The position numbers were made by a program, and so were the translations under genes. From a bacterium (GTDB taxonomy: Bacteria; UBP15; UBA6099; JAJRTR01), in assembly GCA_024278215.1 (NCBI GenBank), contig JAJRTR010000052.1, positions 1 to 64,000 on the forward strand: a stretch of DNA of 64,000 bases, given 5' to 3'. The notes below the pieces were generated by a model. The model was not told where the DNA came from and did not search any database. It worked only from the letters and a program-made list of their open reading frames with translations. This document shows positions 1-10,908 of the stretch, one piece after another; position 1 is the first letter of the stretch; every line of letters begins with the position of its first letter.

Positions 1-2
1 CA

Positions 3-179
3 ATACAGGATATCATCGACATGCCTGACCGTCTGATCGATTTATTCATCCAGCTGTGCCTGCAGAACAACGGAAGCCTTTCAGCCAGAAAAAGATCTTC
101 TCATTTTGATTTCCTTACTGACGAAGAACTCGCGGCCATGGAGCAAGCTGTTAAAGACGGCTACAACCGACCAACTTAA
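3..179 (+). CDS. Fic family protein, C-terminal fragment (gene starts before the window)
   Basis: Manual translation IQDIIDMPDRLIDLFIQLCLQNNGSLSARKRSSHFDFLTDEELAAMEQAV...* resembles the 'DMPDR..DL......QN.G.LS......F..LTDEE' tail of long Fic proteins; the Fic motif itself is outside the window. Confidence 0.65.
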   Translation: MQDIIDMPDRLIDLFIQLCLQNNGSLSARKRSSHFDFLTDEELAAMEQAVKDGYNRPT

Positions 180-326
180 TAGATAGCCTGAATAGTGTAG
201 AGCTTTGTTCCATATTGTTTCTGGCTGATGGTGACATCGAATTAAGCCTCACGTATGGTTTCAAGGTCGTTGGCAAAGCGCTGGGCAAACTGCCTCGATG
301 AATCCATTTCAAAACGCAATCCAAAA

Positions 327-605
327 TCACGGGGACACACGCTTGAGCGCCACAAACAACTCCCGGGAAAAAACATTCTTCAGGCTGCCGTCATCTTCGA
401 AAATCGAATACCCCTCGACCTCCTTCATACGTCGAATCTCACCAATCTGACTCATTATCAGCATCCCCTTTCGCACCTCCTGACGTTGGTTATTTGACAT
501 AAATAGCTTCCAACATCAGGGGCATAATCATCCCCTCCCGGAAATCGTCTCCAGGGGGGTCAATTTTAACGCCGGTAGGGGGTCATTTTAACGCGCCGTT
601 TGACA
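327..605 (-). mobile_element. IS21-family left end with truncated istA (remnant)
   Basis: Minus strand begins TGTCAAACGGCGCGTTAAAATGACCCCCTACCGGCGTTAAAATTGACCCCCC (5'-TG end, tandem subterminal repeats); then GGAGG and a 45-aa ORF at 464->327 starting MLIMSQIGEIRRMKEVEGYSI, like an IstA N-terminus, which then loses resemblance. Confidence 0.75.
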
Positions 606-621
606 CTTGTAGCCAAATTGA

Positions 622-646
622 AAAAAGCCCGTTGTTATGGACTTTT
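622..646 (-). terminator. Probable intrinsic terminator after tRNA-Ala
   Basis: Minus strand AAAAGTCC-ATAACAAC-GGGCTTTTTT, directly 3' of the tRNA. Confidence 0.55.
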
Positions 647-652
647 CCCTTA

Positions 653-725
653 TGGAGCTAACGGGGATCGAACCCGTGACCTTTTGACTGCCAGTCAAAC
701 GCGCTCCCAGCTGCGCCATAGCCCC
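653..725 (-). tRNA. tRNA-Ala(GGC), CCA not encoded
   Basis: GGGGCTATGGCGCAGCTGGGAGCGCGTTTGACTGGCAGTCAAAAGGTCACGGGTTCGATCCCCGTTAGCTCCA: cloverleaf, anticodon GGC, G3:U70 pair, GTTCGA T-loop. Confidence 0.97.
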
Positions 726-816
726 GAATCACCCAAATTATATGTAAGATGCTGTAAAAGTAAAGGGCTTTGTAAGATTTAGTGGCCGGATTTCTTTGTG
801 AGGAATCCGGGCTATG

Positions 817-863
817 GACAATTGCAGCCGCCCGCAGCGGAATCAGAATTTTGCAATTGGCTC
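817..863. repeat. Repeat family A (MITE-like), right-end fragment
   Basis: GACAATTGCAGCCG...AATCAGAATTTTGCAATTGGCTC matches the right end of the full copy at 41175-41353. Confidence 0.8.
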
Positions 864-894
864 GGTCAACAATATTGTTTTTTCGCGGTATAGG

Positions 895-3255
895 TCAGCG
901 CTTGATGTAGCTTTCCGCTTTTGCGAGGGCTTTTTTTGCGACCTCCAGGTCAGGCACGAGCGCCAGTTCGCTGCGGAAATGTTCCGCGGCCTCCTCGAAA
1001 CGACCTGTTTTCATAAGCATTAAGCCGTACTCGTAGTTCAGCATTTCCGCGCCGGGATTAAGTTTGAGCGCTTTGCGGAAATGTTTTTCGGCATCTTTGA
1101 AGTGGTGTTTGACGGTAAGGTAAACAGCATAGTTCCTGTGATAAACGGCGTCTTTGGGGGCTGATTCGAGGGCGGATTCGAGATATTTTTTCGCGTCGTT
1201 CAAGCGCCTGCCGTTTTTTGCGAACAGGTACCCGATGTAGGAGAGTGTTTCGGGGTCGTCTGCGGCGAGCTGTTCGAGAGGTTCGAGTGTCTGCATGCTG
1301 CGTGTGATGTAGTCGACAAGATTGAGAAACTGCGCGGTTGCCAGGGTCGCGGGGATGCGGAATTGTGATTCCGACTGTAGTATCAGGTAAGAGTCCTCGC
1401 CGAATTTTTCTATGATTTCCGTTTCTGTCGGGGACGGTTTCAAATTCGGGTTTTCGAGTGTTCTCTGGTGGAAACTCTTCAGGATTTCGAGTTCCTCGTC
1501 GGAAGGCATAGCGGCCATGTAATCTTTCAACAGGGCGATGCCGTCCCAGTATCTGCCTGAAAGCCCGAGGGCATTGCCGTAGAAAAAGACAGAGCCGGTG
1601 GTGAGAATGCGAGGGAAGGAAGAGACAAGTTTTTTCTCGCCGCGCGGGTGCAAATCGGGTTTGAGGTCAATCGATTTAAAAAGAGTGATCGCTTCTTTGT
1701 AGCGGCCGAGTTTGCAGAGAAGTTTGCCTCTTATGAGATATGCGATGTCGGAATCGGGGAAAAACCGGATCATTTCTTTGGAGAGGGCAAGGGCATGAGC
1801 GCGGTCGTCGCTCATGTAGAATGCACTGAGCAGCAGCGCGTGCATGTCCGGCCCCATAAACCCGTGATTGAAAGATTCTTTAATCACATCCGCCGCTTTA
1901 TCGAACTCGCGCCTGCCCAGGTAAAGCTCCGCGAGCCCAACGTATGCCATCGCGTTGGTGGGTCTGATTTCCTTGATGCGCTTGTAATACGTAATTATCA
2001 TATCACTCTGTGTTTTCGGGTCGAGCGACATGATCTTGAGGTAGTAGTTACCCGAAAGGTTGGCGATTATATCCGGGTTCCGCGGGTCGATATGCAACGC
2101 AGCCTCGAGTTCGCTGATTGCGTCATCTATGTGTCCGGTGGTCGAGAAGGCCATGCCGAGGAACAGGTGTCCTACGGACGAATCGGGCCACAGGGAAACC
2201 ACCTCTCTCATCCCCGCTATCGCAGCTTTAAAGCTTTTCGTGTCCCAGGCGCTTATCGCTTTTTCGAGCGCCCAGTTCTCCGTACTGTCACTTTCCACGG
2301 GTGTTGTTTCGCCGTCGAGGCTCAACTCCGAGGGGAATAGTTGCAATCCTATTCTGGTAAAATGAGAAGGCCCGGTGATATATGCGTTTCCTTTATATGT
2401 GTACATCACAGCATTATTGTAGTTGTTTATATTCTGCGGCATCTCATCCCAGAAACGCATGTCTATCAGATCGGACATGGGAACCGTTTCGTCTTCCTTG
2501 CCGGTCTTGATGTCGATGACATGCAGCATGGCGTCCGTGGAGACGACCAGGAGCCTGTCCTTGACAACCGAAGCGGTTTCGACCAATTCGCTGCCCACGT
2601 CGCATGTCCATCGAGGTTCGCTTCCGGGGGGCGGCCACACGGGTGCCTGAGGTGCTTCCTTCGGCGGGTAGAACAGGACCTGTGAACCCTTGAATTCGAT
2701 TCTCGAACCTTTGCCGAGAATGTCCGGAGCAAACCCGGCCCTGACTGGTTTATCGAGTTCGTAGAACTCTCCCGGCACGCCGCTGTCGCCGATGGGAAAC
2801 TCTTTTCCACCAAGGGCGTATACTTCATAATCGCCCGCGCTGTATTGTATCGCCAGCTTATCCCCATCCGTCGATGCAAGCACTTTCTCAAAGGAAGGTT
2901 CTTTGAGCCTGATAGACCACTTTCTCTTCTTTTCTTTTATATCCAGCACGTGGAAAATGTTGTCGGAGAACGCGACGATCCGGGTATCGTCCAGAATATA
3001 TAGTTCGACCGGACTGTAGAATTTGAATTTCCAGTAACTTTCACCACTTTCGAGGTCCACAAAATGCAGGGTATTTTCGCTACTCTCCAAAACAGCCATA
3101 TCACCAATGAAAGAAACAGACCCGCGGCGGACATCCGGCTTGATGCGATATGTCCATTCCTTCTTCGGATACACGGCAAGCGCCTGCTGCGCAGACATTG
3201 CCGTAAAAATGAAAATTGACAAAAATAAAAATCTCGGAAAGGCTTTTCTGTTCAT
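895..3255 (-). CDS. Exported protein with PQQ/BamB-like beta-propeller repeats and TPR repeats
   Basis: Signal peptide (...QQALA); 'LHFVDLESGESYWKF' and 'LHVIDIKTGKE' propeller motifs; many TPR helices ('HLFLGMAFSTTGHIDDAISELEAALHIDPRN'). Confidence 0.75.
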   Translation of the reverse strand: MNRKAFPRFLFLSIFIFTAMSAQQALAVYPKKEWTYRIKPDVRRGSVSFIGDMAVLESSENTLHFVDLESGESYWKFKFYSPVELYILDDTRIVAFSDNIFHVLDIKEKKRKWSIRLKEPSFEKVLASTDGDKLAIQYSAGDYEVYALGGKEFPIGDSGVPGEFYELDKPVRAGFAPDILGKGSRIEFKGSQVLFYPPKEAPQAPVWPPPGSEPRWTCDVGSELVETASVVKDRLLVVSTDAMLHVIDIKTGKEDETVPMSDLIDMRFWDEMPQNINNYNNAVMYTYKGNAYITGPSHFTRIGLQLFPSELSLDGETTPVESDSTENWALEKAISAWDTKSFKAAIAGMREVVSLWPDSSVGHLFLGMAFSTTGHIDDAISELEAALHIDPRNPDIIANLSGNYYLKIMSLDPKTQSDMIITYYKRIKEIRPTNAMAYVGLAELYLGRREFDKAADVIKESFNHGFMGPDMHALLLSAFYMSDDRAHALALSKEMIRFFPDSDIAYLIRGKLLCKLGRYKEAITLFKSIDLKPDLHPRGEKKLVSSFPRILTTGSVFFYGNALGLSGRYWDGIALLKDYMAAMPSDEELEILKSFHQRTLENPNLKPSPTETEIIEKFGEDSYLILQSESQFRIPATLATAQFLNLVDYITRSMQTLEPLEQLAADDPETLSYIGYLFAKNGRRLNDAKKYLESALESAPKDAVYHRNYAVYLTVKHHFKDAEKHFRKALKLNPGAEMLNYEYGLMLMKTGRFEEAAEHFRSELALVPDLEVAKKALAKAESYIKR

Positions 3256-3379
3256 ATTCTATCCCGGCAGACATTATTATCGAACGTCATTATCGAATTG
3301 AAGAATAATACCAGAACTGATATGTAACTTCAATCTCTTACGGGTGCATGTCCCGGATGAGGTGTAGCCCCTTTAGTGC

Positions 3380-3500
3380 CAATACCGTTTGCTTCAGCAA
3401 CAATGATGCGCGAAAAACCTGTATTTATCGCGAATATTGATACCCATACCTTCTTGAGTAAACGGTATTGCGTTTAGTGCGCATATTACACCAATGCGGG
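3380..3500. repeat. Repeat family C (~90 bp, terminal inverted repeats) followed by family D hairpin
   Basis: AATACCGTTT...AAACGGTATT ends, close match to 25268-25357; followed by CGCATATTACACCAATGCGGG. Confidence 0.85.
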
Positions 3501-3513
3501 ATAGACACAATGC

Positions 3514-4722
3514 CTACGCGCCGAACTTGAGCAGCTTCAGCGCATTCGCCATCATGACAGGCAGCAGAGAGGTCGAAATCATGCGACCGAGCCCGCCCGC
3601 TGCGCATGCGTGTTCACCGAACTTTCGCACCCCGTCCGGGCGGCAGCAATTCGACCAGAGAAGCAGCGGGAGCGGATGCCAGCTGTGAGATTTCAGAAGC
3701 GCCGGTGTCGAGTGGTCGCCCGTGATGGCCACAACATCGGGTTTCAGGTTCATTATCGTTGGAATTATCGCGTCCGTTTCCTCGATTATGTGAACTTTTG
3801 CGTCGAAGTTTCCATCCTCGCCGTAACTGTCTGTTTTTTTCACATGGAAATAGAAATATTCGTGATTGTCGAAGCACTCTTTCAGCGTTGCGGCTTCGTC
3901 GCTGATGGAAGGACCCGGTTCGAGCACGTTCATGCCGATGAGGCGTGTGATGCCCTTGTAGTCGGGATAAACGGCGATGGAGGCGGCGCGCATTTTTGTG
4001 AAGTCGCCGAACTGCGGAATATCGGGCACATTGTCGAACCCGCGCATCAGTATATAATTCGCGGGCGTTTCGCCTTCGAGCCGTTCGGCGACAATCGAGA
4101 CGAATTTGTTCGCAAGTTGCGCGGTCAGCTCGGCCTCCGGGGCGGCGGCGACTGCTTCGAGCGGCGGTTTGCCCGTCTGTTGCGGATCGGTGTCTTTCAC
4201 CCGGCCGTCGAGCCCCTTGCCCCTGAAGATGACCGCGCAGCGATAGTCCATAACAGGTTTCACGAAAACCTCCACGCCGTCGATTTCTATGCTGCCGAGC
4301 TGTTCGCAGAGTTCGGCGTTTTTACTTGTGGGGATGCGGCCCGCGCGACGGTCGGTGACTATTCCGCCGCCATCAACAGTACAGAAGTTGCCGCGCGCGG
4401 CGACGTCGGTTTTTTCCATCGGGAACCCGATGCCGGCCGATGCGAGCACACCGCGCCCGATAGCATACTTAACAGGATTGTAGCCGAAAAGCGACAGGTG
4501 CGCCGGGCCGCTGCCGGGGGTGAAGCCCGGCGCGATGGGGTCGAGAAGCCCACATGCCGCTTCGGCGGCCAGCGCGTCCATATTCGGGGTTCGCGCCGCC
4601 TCCAGCTCGGTGCCGACGCCGGGTGTCGTTTCCAGTCCTCCCAGACCGTCCATTACCAGCAGGAAGACTTTCTTTTCATTCTCCACCGACAGCTTGTTTA
4701 TCATTTCAATGTAATCCTGCAT
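3514..4722 (-). CDS. apgM: 2,3-bisphosphoglycerate-independent phosphoglycerate mutase, archaeal (ApgM) type
   Basis: MDGLGG, TELEAARTPNMD, TPGSGPAHLSLFGY, DRRAGRI, HVKKTDSYGEDG, TGDHSTP, HSWHPLP; start moved to MQDY behind AAGGG. Confidence 0.9.
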   Translation of the reverse strand: MQDYIEMINKLSVENEKKVFLLVMDGLGGLETTPGVGTELEAARTPNMDALAAEAACGLLDPIAPGFTPGSGPAHLSLFGYNPVKYAIGRGVLASAGIGFPMEKTDVAARGNFCTVDGGGIVTDRRAGRIPTSKNAELCEQLGSIEIDGVEVFVKPVMDYRCAVIFRGKGLDGRVKDTDPQQTGKPPLEAVAAAPEAELTAQLANKFVSIVAERLEGETPANYILMRGFDNVPDIPQFGDFTKMRAASIAVYPDYKGITRLIGMNVLEPGPSISDEAATLKECFDNHEYFYFHVKKTDSYGEDGNFDAKVHIIEETDAIIPTIMNLKPDVVAITGDHSTPALLKSHSWHPLPLLLWSNCCRPDGVRKFGEHACAAGGLGRMISTSLLPVMMANALKLLKFGA

Positions 4723-4817
4723 TTTCATCAACCCTTTCTTTTTGGAGTCGCTTGCAAAACTCTGTTCTGCTGCCGACCTCGCTGCGAACAAACTTTTACA
4801 TGTGGCTCTATAGTATT

Positions 4818-6523
4818 TTAATCTGTATCCGTTTTATTCTTCATGCCATAACCGCCCTGCCCCGCCCTCCGGTATAAAGGGCTGAGGCGCAGAATGCTTT
4901 CCACCGCGCCGACAGGTGGATCGAACATCTTGAGCGGTGTCGAGCGCAGAGTATTGCGGAGCATCGCCACATCATCCGGGCTGAAACCGCCCGCCAGCCC
5001 CAGCAGGAAGAAATACACCGGTGCCGCCGCCAACATCCAGACAAGGAAAACCGGCCCGTCCGCCGGCAAGACACCCACCGCGAAAGCAGAAACAACCGCT
5101 GCCGCTCCCGGCGCGGCGAAGTATGACACTTTGAACTTCAGCCCGGCATCCTTCCTCACATAATACAACAGTATCAACAGTCCGCACAACATTGAAACAT
5201 CGAAACCCGCCGCAACCGCATAAATACTGCCCGTAAACCGCCCGGCCCCGGCGATCAGTCCCGCTTCGAGCACAAGCACAATCATCAACGCCGCCGCGGG
5301 TATCCCGGGCTTATCTATTCCCATCAGCAGGTTGGCGCACAGCATTATCAACATACTCATGCTCATGCCGAATGCGAGAATTACCGTCAGCGTACCAATC
5401 GCATCCGCCGGAAATGCCGGCCCGCTGAAAAACTCGACTATCTGCCCTGAAAACGCCAGATACACAGTTAATATGAAACCTATCACTATCCCCGCGTATT
5501 TAATTGAAAGATCGTAATAATGCTGCATCAGGTTTTTTCTATTCTGTTTATGGGCTTCGGAAATCGCGGGCAACAGCGCGTAAATCATTCCCACGATAAG
5601 CATCGGGGCCATCGCATAAGTGTAGCCGCTGCTGAAGTAGCCTGCCTGGAGGGCGTTTTCATCGGCGGTCTGACCGAAGAAATGAAAAGTGTGGGCCATG
5701 TTGGACACCATCGGCGTCGGGACAAAAGCCATAATCGTTCCGCCCAGCATCGTCACGGCGGCCAGACGACCGAAAGAAAGCAGTCTGCGCATGTTCTCCG
5801 GCCTGCACCGCCGCCATGCGAACAATGTTTTGACCTTGATGTCCGCACGGTTGACGACAGCCAGTGAAAACAGGTACTGCAATATTGCCGCGACAGCGAC
5901 ACCCGCCGCGCCCGCGAGTACTCCCGCGTCGCCGCCCGCGGTTTCAGGATGCGTTCTCACAACATACACCACCAGTAATGTCGACGAAATCAGCATAGCG
6001 GAAGGGAACGCGAGATTGCACACAGCCAGCATGTCCAGCCGCTGCACACCACCCAGGATGCCGAACATCGCAAAATACATCTGGCGTCCCATAACCGCCG
6101 CGACCATCAGCCAGCCGAGCCTCACCGTCAGCGAATCCATTCGCCCACCAAAATCCCGAGACACACAACCGCCACGGCCAGGAAGACGACGCCCAATGTG
6201 AAGTGGAGTCTTGTGCCCTCGGCCATGACAAGCTCCGCCTCGGCGGGAGCCAATTGATGATCCCGCGAGATGAAAGCCGCCATCGCCTGCGGCACACCGA
6301 ATGAAACCGCTGTCGAAAGTATCCAGAAAACGTCGATGAACGGCTTTGCAATGCCGTATCCGCCAGGCCCGAGAAGCCGCTGCATCAGAATCGTCCACAC
6401 GAATGACAACATGCCCGATACGACAGTGGCCATCATTGTCGCCGAACTGCCCGCGACAAATCGACCTACCTTATCTTCGTCGCTATCGCCGCGTTTGAAA
6501 ACTGATGATGATTTTCCGCTCAT
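4818..6523 (-). pseudogene. MATE/Wzx-like polysaccharide flippase, split by a frameshift near 6150 (pseudogene or sequencing error)
   Basis: N-terminal part 6523->6128 (MQRLLGPGGYG...FGVPQAMAAFISR) continues in another frame (...GRMDSLTVRLGW...LLPAISEAH...); junction GGGATTTTGGTGGG. Confidence 0.75.
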
Positions 6524-6692
6524 AATCCGATGTAAAAGGATAACACATCACGGGCAGCTATGGAACAATGCGCACAATGAATGTCTTCAACCGCGCAGTG
6601 TCCGACCGCGCAGAGCACATTTGTTATTCCTCACCGATTTTACTATATTTCTTTGCAGACCCGAGTCGACAGAATCATCCGGAGGCGGCATC

Positions 6693-7283
6693 ATGAAAAG
6701 CGAAGTGGTAATACTTAAAGAAGGATACATCGAGGTTCTCGGTGATGGTCGCCTGCGCGCCGATGCGACAATATCTCTGATAAAAGGTCCGCGGAATATC
6801 GTCGTCGACACCGGCAATCCCGCATCGGGACAGGCACTATCAGCCGCTCTCGGCGACATGCGTCTTGCGCCCGGCGACATCGACTTCGTTGTCTGCACAC
6901 ACGGCCACACAGACCATACCGGCAACAACGGACTCTTTCCACACGCGACATTTATTGTCGGGCGCGACATCTCGAAAGGCGACATTTTCCGGACTCATGA
7001 TTTCGAGTCGAGACCGCTGAAACTGTGCGAATACGTCGAGGTTATACCGACGGCGGGACACACGAAATATGATGTCTCCGTTAAAGTGGAAACAGCGGAA
7101 GGACTTGTTTATATTGTCGGAGACCTGATCTTCACCAGGCCGGGAAGAGCCGGCGACGAACTATGGTGCTCCTTCGCCGAATTCCCCGAAACGCAGGCGG
7201 CGAACCGCAGGGCGGCACTCGCCCGGGCCGACTACATCGTGCCGGGACATGCAGGCATTTTCAAAGTTTCCGGACAGTGCTGA
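6693..7283 (+). CDS. MBL-fold metallo-hydrolase
   Basis: VVDTG, THGHTDHTGN, TAGHT, VGDL, IVPGH; GGAGG upstream of the ATG at 6693. Confidence 0.9.
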   Translation: MKSEVVILKEGYIEVLGDGRLRADATISLIKGPRNIVVDTGNPASGQALSAALGDMRLAPGDIDFVVCTHGHTDHTGNNGLFPHATFIVGRDISKGDIFRTHDFESRPLKLCEYVEVIPTAGHTKYDVSVKVETAEGLVYIVGDLIFTRPGRAGDELWCSFAEFPETQAANRRAALARADYIVPGHAGIFKVSGQC

Positions 7284-7367
7284 GGAAACGTGCTTGTGGT
7301 GGTTCACAGTTTGTAACGGATATTCTCCCCGAACGAACAGGGTGAAATCGGAAATATGCTGATAAAT

Positions 7368-7495
7368 GAGCCAATTGCAAAATTATGTTCGTAGCGAGGT
7401 CGAGCGAGATTGTTCAGAGCAAGGCGGAGGTGTAAAATCCTCGCAGGCGTACTTGTGGTGTACGTCGAGGACGATTTTGCGCCGACAACGCAGCT
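7368..7495. repeat. Repeat family A, left part
   Basis: GAGCCAATTGCAAAATTATGTTCG...GATTTTGCGCCGACAACGC matches 41175 onward. Confidence 0.85.
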
Positions 7496-7708
7496 AAGGT
7501 AGCGGCATGTCAACAAAGAAAAGATGTAAGATGGGGCAGCGTAAAAACAAGGGCGGGGTACGGTGCCCCCGCCCTACACCTTCATGCGACATTACAAGCC
7601 TGACGTGACAGTAGTAGTAGAATTTATGGGGATACGATCCGGAATTAAAGGTTCAAATTTCAGTCATGCCCCCAAAATTCTCACAACATATTGAAAAACA
7701 CACAAGTT
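7496..7708. repeat. Repeat family B (MITE-like), reverse orientation, one end missing
   Basis: Reverse-complement match to 20026-20212 and 27122-27430; ends AAAAACACACAAGTT. Confidence 0.88.
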
Positions 7709-7711
7709 TAG

Positions 7712-10285
7712 TTACAATTTCACGCTTCTGAGACGGAGCGCGTTGCTGATTACGGAAACCGAACTGAAACTCATTGCCGCCGCGGCGATCATGGGGCTCA
7801 GGAGAATTCCGAAGAACGGATAGAGGATCCCGGCTGCAACGGGTACGCCGAGACTGTTGTATGCGAACGCGAAGAAGAGATTTTGCCTGATGTTGCTCAT
7901 CACGGCCCGACTGAGTCGACGCGCTCTGACGATTCCATTGAGATCGCCCTTGACGAGGGTGACGCCTGCGCTTTCCATGGCAACGTCTGTGCCCGTGCCC
8001 ATAGCGATGCCGACATGGGCCTGTGCCAGGGCTGGAGCATCGTTGACGCCGTCGCCGGCCATGGCTACAATGCGGCCTTCATCCTGGAGTTTTTTCACTA
8101 TTTCGCCTTTGTGATCCGGCAGCACGTCGGCCTCGACCCTGTCTATATTCAATTCGCGTGCCACAGCTTCGGCGGTCTTGCGGTTGTCGCCCGTGAGCAT
8201 CACGATTTCAATTCCATAGCTCCGCAGTTTCCCGATGGCCTCCGGCGTCGTTTTTTTAATGGGATCCGATACACTGAGTATACCGCCCAGTTTCCCGTCG
8301 ACTGCAACGAACATCACTGTCCGGCCTTTGCCTCTGAGGGAATCGACTTTCCGGCTGAGTTCGCCGGTATCCACGTTCAGATCGTCCATATATTTGGAAT
8401 TGCCGAGCGCAACGTAGTGGCCGTCCACTCTGCCCGCTACGCCTTTGCCGGTTTCTGATTGAAAATCGAGTGCATCTTCCAGTTTCACGCCTTTTTCTTT
8501 CACGCCTTCTACGATCGCGGCGGCAAGCGGATGCTCGCTGCCTTTTTCGAGACTGGCGGCGAGGCGCATCAGTTTTTCGTCTTCGAAACCTGATACGGGT
8601 ATGACCTCGGTGAGTTTGGGTTTACCCTCCGTAAGCGTGCCTGTCTTGTCCACGACAATCGTATTGACTTTTTCGAGTATCTCCAGGGCTTCGGCATTCT
8701 TTATAAGGACACCGGCTTTTGCCCCGCGGCCTGTGCCGACCATGATGGACATGGGCGTGGCGAGGCCCAGGGCGCAGGGACACGCAATGATAAGAACCGC
8801 CACGGAGTTCACCAGCGCGAACGCGAACGCGGGCGAAGGACCAAAGAACAGCCACACGAAAAATGTGACAACAGATATGGAAATGACAACCGGGACGAAA
8901 TAGCCCGCGACGATGTCCGCGAGTTTCTGGATGGGCGCACGACTGCGCTGGGCTTCAGCCACCATCTTCACGATCTGCGCGAGCAGCGTGTCGCCGCCCA
9001 CACGTTCGGCCTCCATGAGCAGTCCGCCCGTGCCGTTCACTGTGCCGCCGGTTACCTTATCATTTTCCGTTTTTTCGACCGGGATAGGTTCGCCGGACAC
9101 CATGGACTCGTCCACGGAACTCGTCCCCTCGATCACTTTTCCGTCCACCGGTATTTTTTCGCCGGGTCGCACCCGCAACCTGTCGCCGGGCTGGACTACT
9201 TCCAGCGGCACGTCTTCTTCTTCGCCGTTTTCGCCGACACGGCGCGCGGTTTTCGGCGCGAGGCCAAGCAGTTCTTTGATCGCTTTTCCGGTCTGGCTCC
9301 TGGCGCGCAGTTCGAGAACCTGCCCGAGCAGAACGAGCACGATGATAACCGCTACCGCTTCGAAATACACGGCTACCTGGCCGAACTCACCCCTGAATGA
9401 GTCCGGAAATATATGGGGGAACAGAGTCGCCACCAGGCTGTAGATATAAGCGACGCCGGTGCCGATGCCGATGAGAGTGAACATGTTCAGGCTTTTGTTG
9501 ACAACGGACTTCCAGGCGCGCACAAAAAATATCGAGCCGCACCACAACGTCACCGGCGTCGTAAGGACAAGCTGCAGCCAGATCAGTATGTTGATGTTCA
9601 CGTATTTCGTGGGGTTCAACGCCGGTATCATTTCAGCCATCGTAATGTAGAAAACCGGTATTGTCAGCACGGTAGCCACCCAGAAACGTCGCGCCATGTC
9701 GATTAGTTCCAGATTCTTTTCCTCGACTTCCACTTCACGCGCTTCGAGCGCCATGCCGCATTTGGGGCAATCGCCGGGTGCGTCCCGTACGATTTCCGGA
9801 TGCATCGGGCACGTGTATTCCGTTTTTGTGCTCGGGGCCGGAATGGATTCCGGTTCGAGCGCCATGCCGCACTGCGGGCAGTCGCCGGGGCCTTCCTGCC
9901 GCACGTCGAGGTGCATGGGGCATATATAGATCGTTCCGGGAGGCGCTTCTTCATGCCTGTCGCCGCCGCCGGACAGATATTTCTCCGGATCACCTTCGAA
10001 CTTCTCCTTGCACTTCGGGTTGCAGAAATAGTGCGTTTCACCTTTGTACTCGATCACTGCCGCGGCGTCTTCCTTCTTTATCTTCATGCCGCATACTACA
10101 TCTTTGACCTCGGTGCCGCCTTTTGCGGTCTCTTCTTTTCCTGACAGATATTTCCCCGGATCGGCGACGAACTTCTCTTTGCACTTCGGATTGCAGAAGT
10201 AATAAGTTTCTCCCCCGTGCTCTGTTCTCTCCGCCGCACTTTCCGACTCGATATCCATATTGCAAACCACATCTTTGACCTTCAT
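7712..10285 (-). CDS. copA: Cu(I)/Ag(I)-type P1B ATPase with two YHS domains and two CPMH metal-binding domains
   Basis: [35 protein letters not shown] and MSFSS motifs; 2x DVVC.M...YFCNPKC; 2x Y.CPMH...CP.CGMALE; AAGGAGG upstream. Confidence 0.95.
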   Translation of the reverse strand: MKVKDVVCNMDIESESAAERTEHGGETYYFCNPKCKEKFVADPGKYLSGKEETAKGGTEVKDVVCGMKIKKEDAAAVIEYKGETHYFCNPKCKEKFEGDPEKYLSGGGDRHEEAPPGTIYICPMHLDVRQEGPGDCPQCGMALEPESIPAPSTKTEYTCPMHPEIVRDAPGDCPKCGMALEAREVEVEEKNLELIDMARRFWVATVLTIPVFYITMAEMIPALNPTKYVNINILIWLQLVLTTPVTLWCGSIFFVRAWKSVVNKSLNMFTLIGIGTGVAYIYSLVATLFPHIFPDSFRGEFGQVAVYFEAVAVIIVLVLLGQVLELRARSQTGKAIKELLGLAPKTARRVGENGEEEDVPLEVVQPGDRLRVRPGEKIPVDGKVIEGTSSVDESMVSGEPIPVEKTENDKVTGGTVNGTGGLLMEAERVGGDTLLAQIVKMVAEAQRSRAPIQKLADIVAGYFVPVVISISVVTFFVWLFFGPSPAFAFALVNSVAVLIIACPCALGLATPMSIMVGTGRGAKAGVLIKNAEALEILEKVNTIVVDKTGTLTEGKPKLTEVIPVSGFEDEKLMRLAASLEKGSEHPLAAAIVEGVKEKGVKLEDALDFQSETGKGVAGRVDGHYVALGNSKYMDDLNVDTGELSRKVDSLRGKGRTVMFVAVDGKLGGILSVSDPIKKTTPEAIGKLRSYGIEIVMLTGDNRKTAEAVARELNIDRVEADVLPDHKGEIVKKLQDEGRIVAMAGDGVNDAPALAQAHVGIAMGTGTDVAMESAGVTLVKGDLNGIVRARRLSRAVMSNIRQNLFFAFAYNSLGVPVAAGILYPFFGILLSPMIAAAAMSFSSVSVISNALRLRSVKL

Positions 10286-10337
10286 AACAAACACCTCCTT
10301 ATAAACGGCTCCGAGCGTGCCGGGGTCCGTTACACCT

Positions 10338-10598
10338 TCATTTGAGTTCCAACTTCATAGTATCGAATTCAGCTTTTGATATTTCGCCCTTCGCGTAGCG
10401 CTTCTTGAGAATATCAACAGCGTCTTCGTGGACGGATGTTCCATATTTCGACGAATTCTTTACGAGCAAGTATATCACAAAAGCAACAACAATCAGTATC
10501 AGAATCATCATAATGCCACCTCCGTATCCGAACCAGCCGATGTGGTTCATCATTTCTCCCATGCCGTGACAGCTTATAATCCGATCGAAAAAATTCAT
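10338..10598 (-). CDS. SHOCT-domain small membrane protein
   Basis: One hydrophobic segment, then [23 protein letters not shown]; start uncertain. Confidence 0.85.
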   Translation of the reverse strand: MNFFDRIISCHGMGEMMNHIGWFGYGGGIMMILILIVVAFVIYLLVKNSSKYGTSVHEDAVDILKKRYAKGEISKAEFDTMKLELK

Positions 10599-10629
10599 CT
10601 GCTCTCACACTCCTTTTCTTCAGTCCAGC

Positions 10630-10908
10630 TCATTTTACCACTCTCTGATACACGGAATCCGACGCGGATTTCGAATGAGCGCGCGCGTGAGTTTCAGTTC
10701 CGTGGTCGTGCGCGCGGCACTGTTTCTCATCGCTTTGTCCGTGATCGCCGTGCGCATGGCCGCCCATCATGAATATGTGGCAGGCGAGCATTGCGACGAT
10801 GAAGACGACGAACGTCGTCCCCTGACCGAACCCCAGCACGGGCAACAGGAAGAGCAGCAGAAACGCGCCTCCGCAGCCGAGCAGCATCTTCAGTATATGA
10901 TTCTTCAT
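10630..10908 (-). CDS. Small His-rich membrane protein (DUF2933-like)
   Basis: Two hydrophobic segments, MLACHIFMMGGHAHGDHG; AAAGGAGG upstream; start overlaps the previous stop. Confidence 0.7.
   Translation of the reverse strand: MKNHILKMLLGCGGAFLLLFLLPVLGFGQGTTFVVFIVAMLACHIFMMGGHAHGDHGQSDEKQCRAHDHGTETHARAHSKSASDSVYQRVVK

Noticed and set aside
3514-4722. Functional link between archaeal-type apgM and SepRS through phosphoserine supply
   Set aside because: The genes are 58 kb apart and this family is widespread in bacteria; there is no sequence evidence of coupling.
3610-4821. Long alternative ORFs (e.g. 3610-4821, 22546-23658, 32534-33670, 38024-39034, 59904-60776)
   Set aside because: They are antisense to well-supported genes and show no recognisable motifs.
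6128-6130. Selenocysteine or read-through at the flippase TGA
   Set aside because: The downstream coding sequence is in a different frame, so read-through cannot join the parts.
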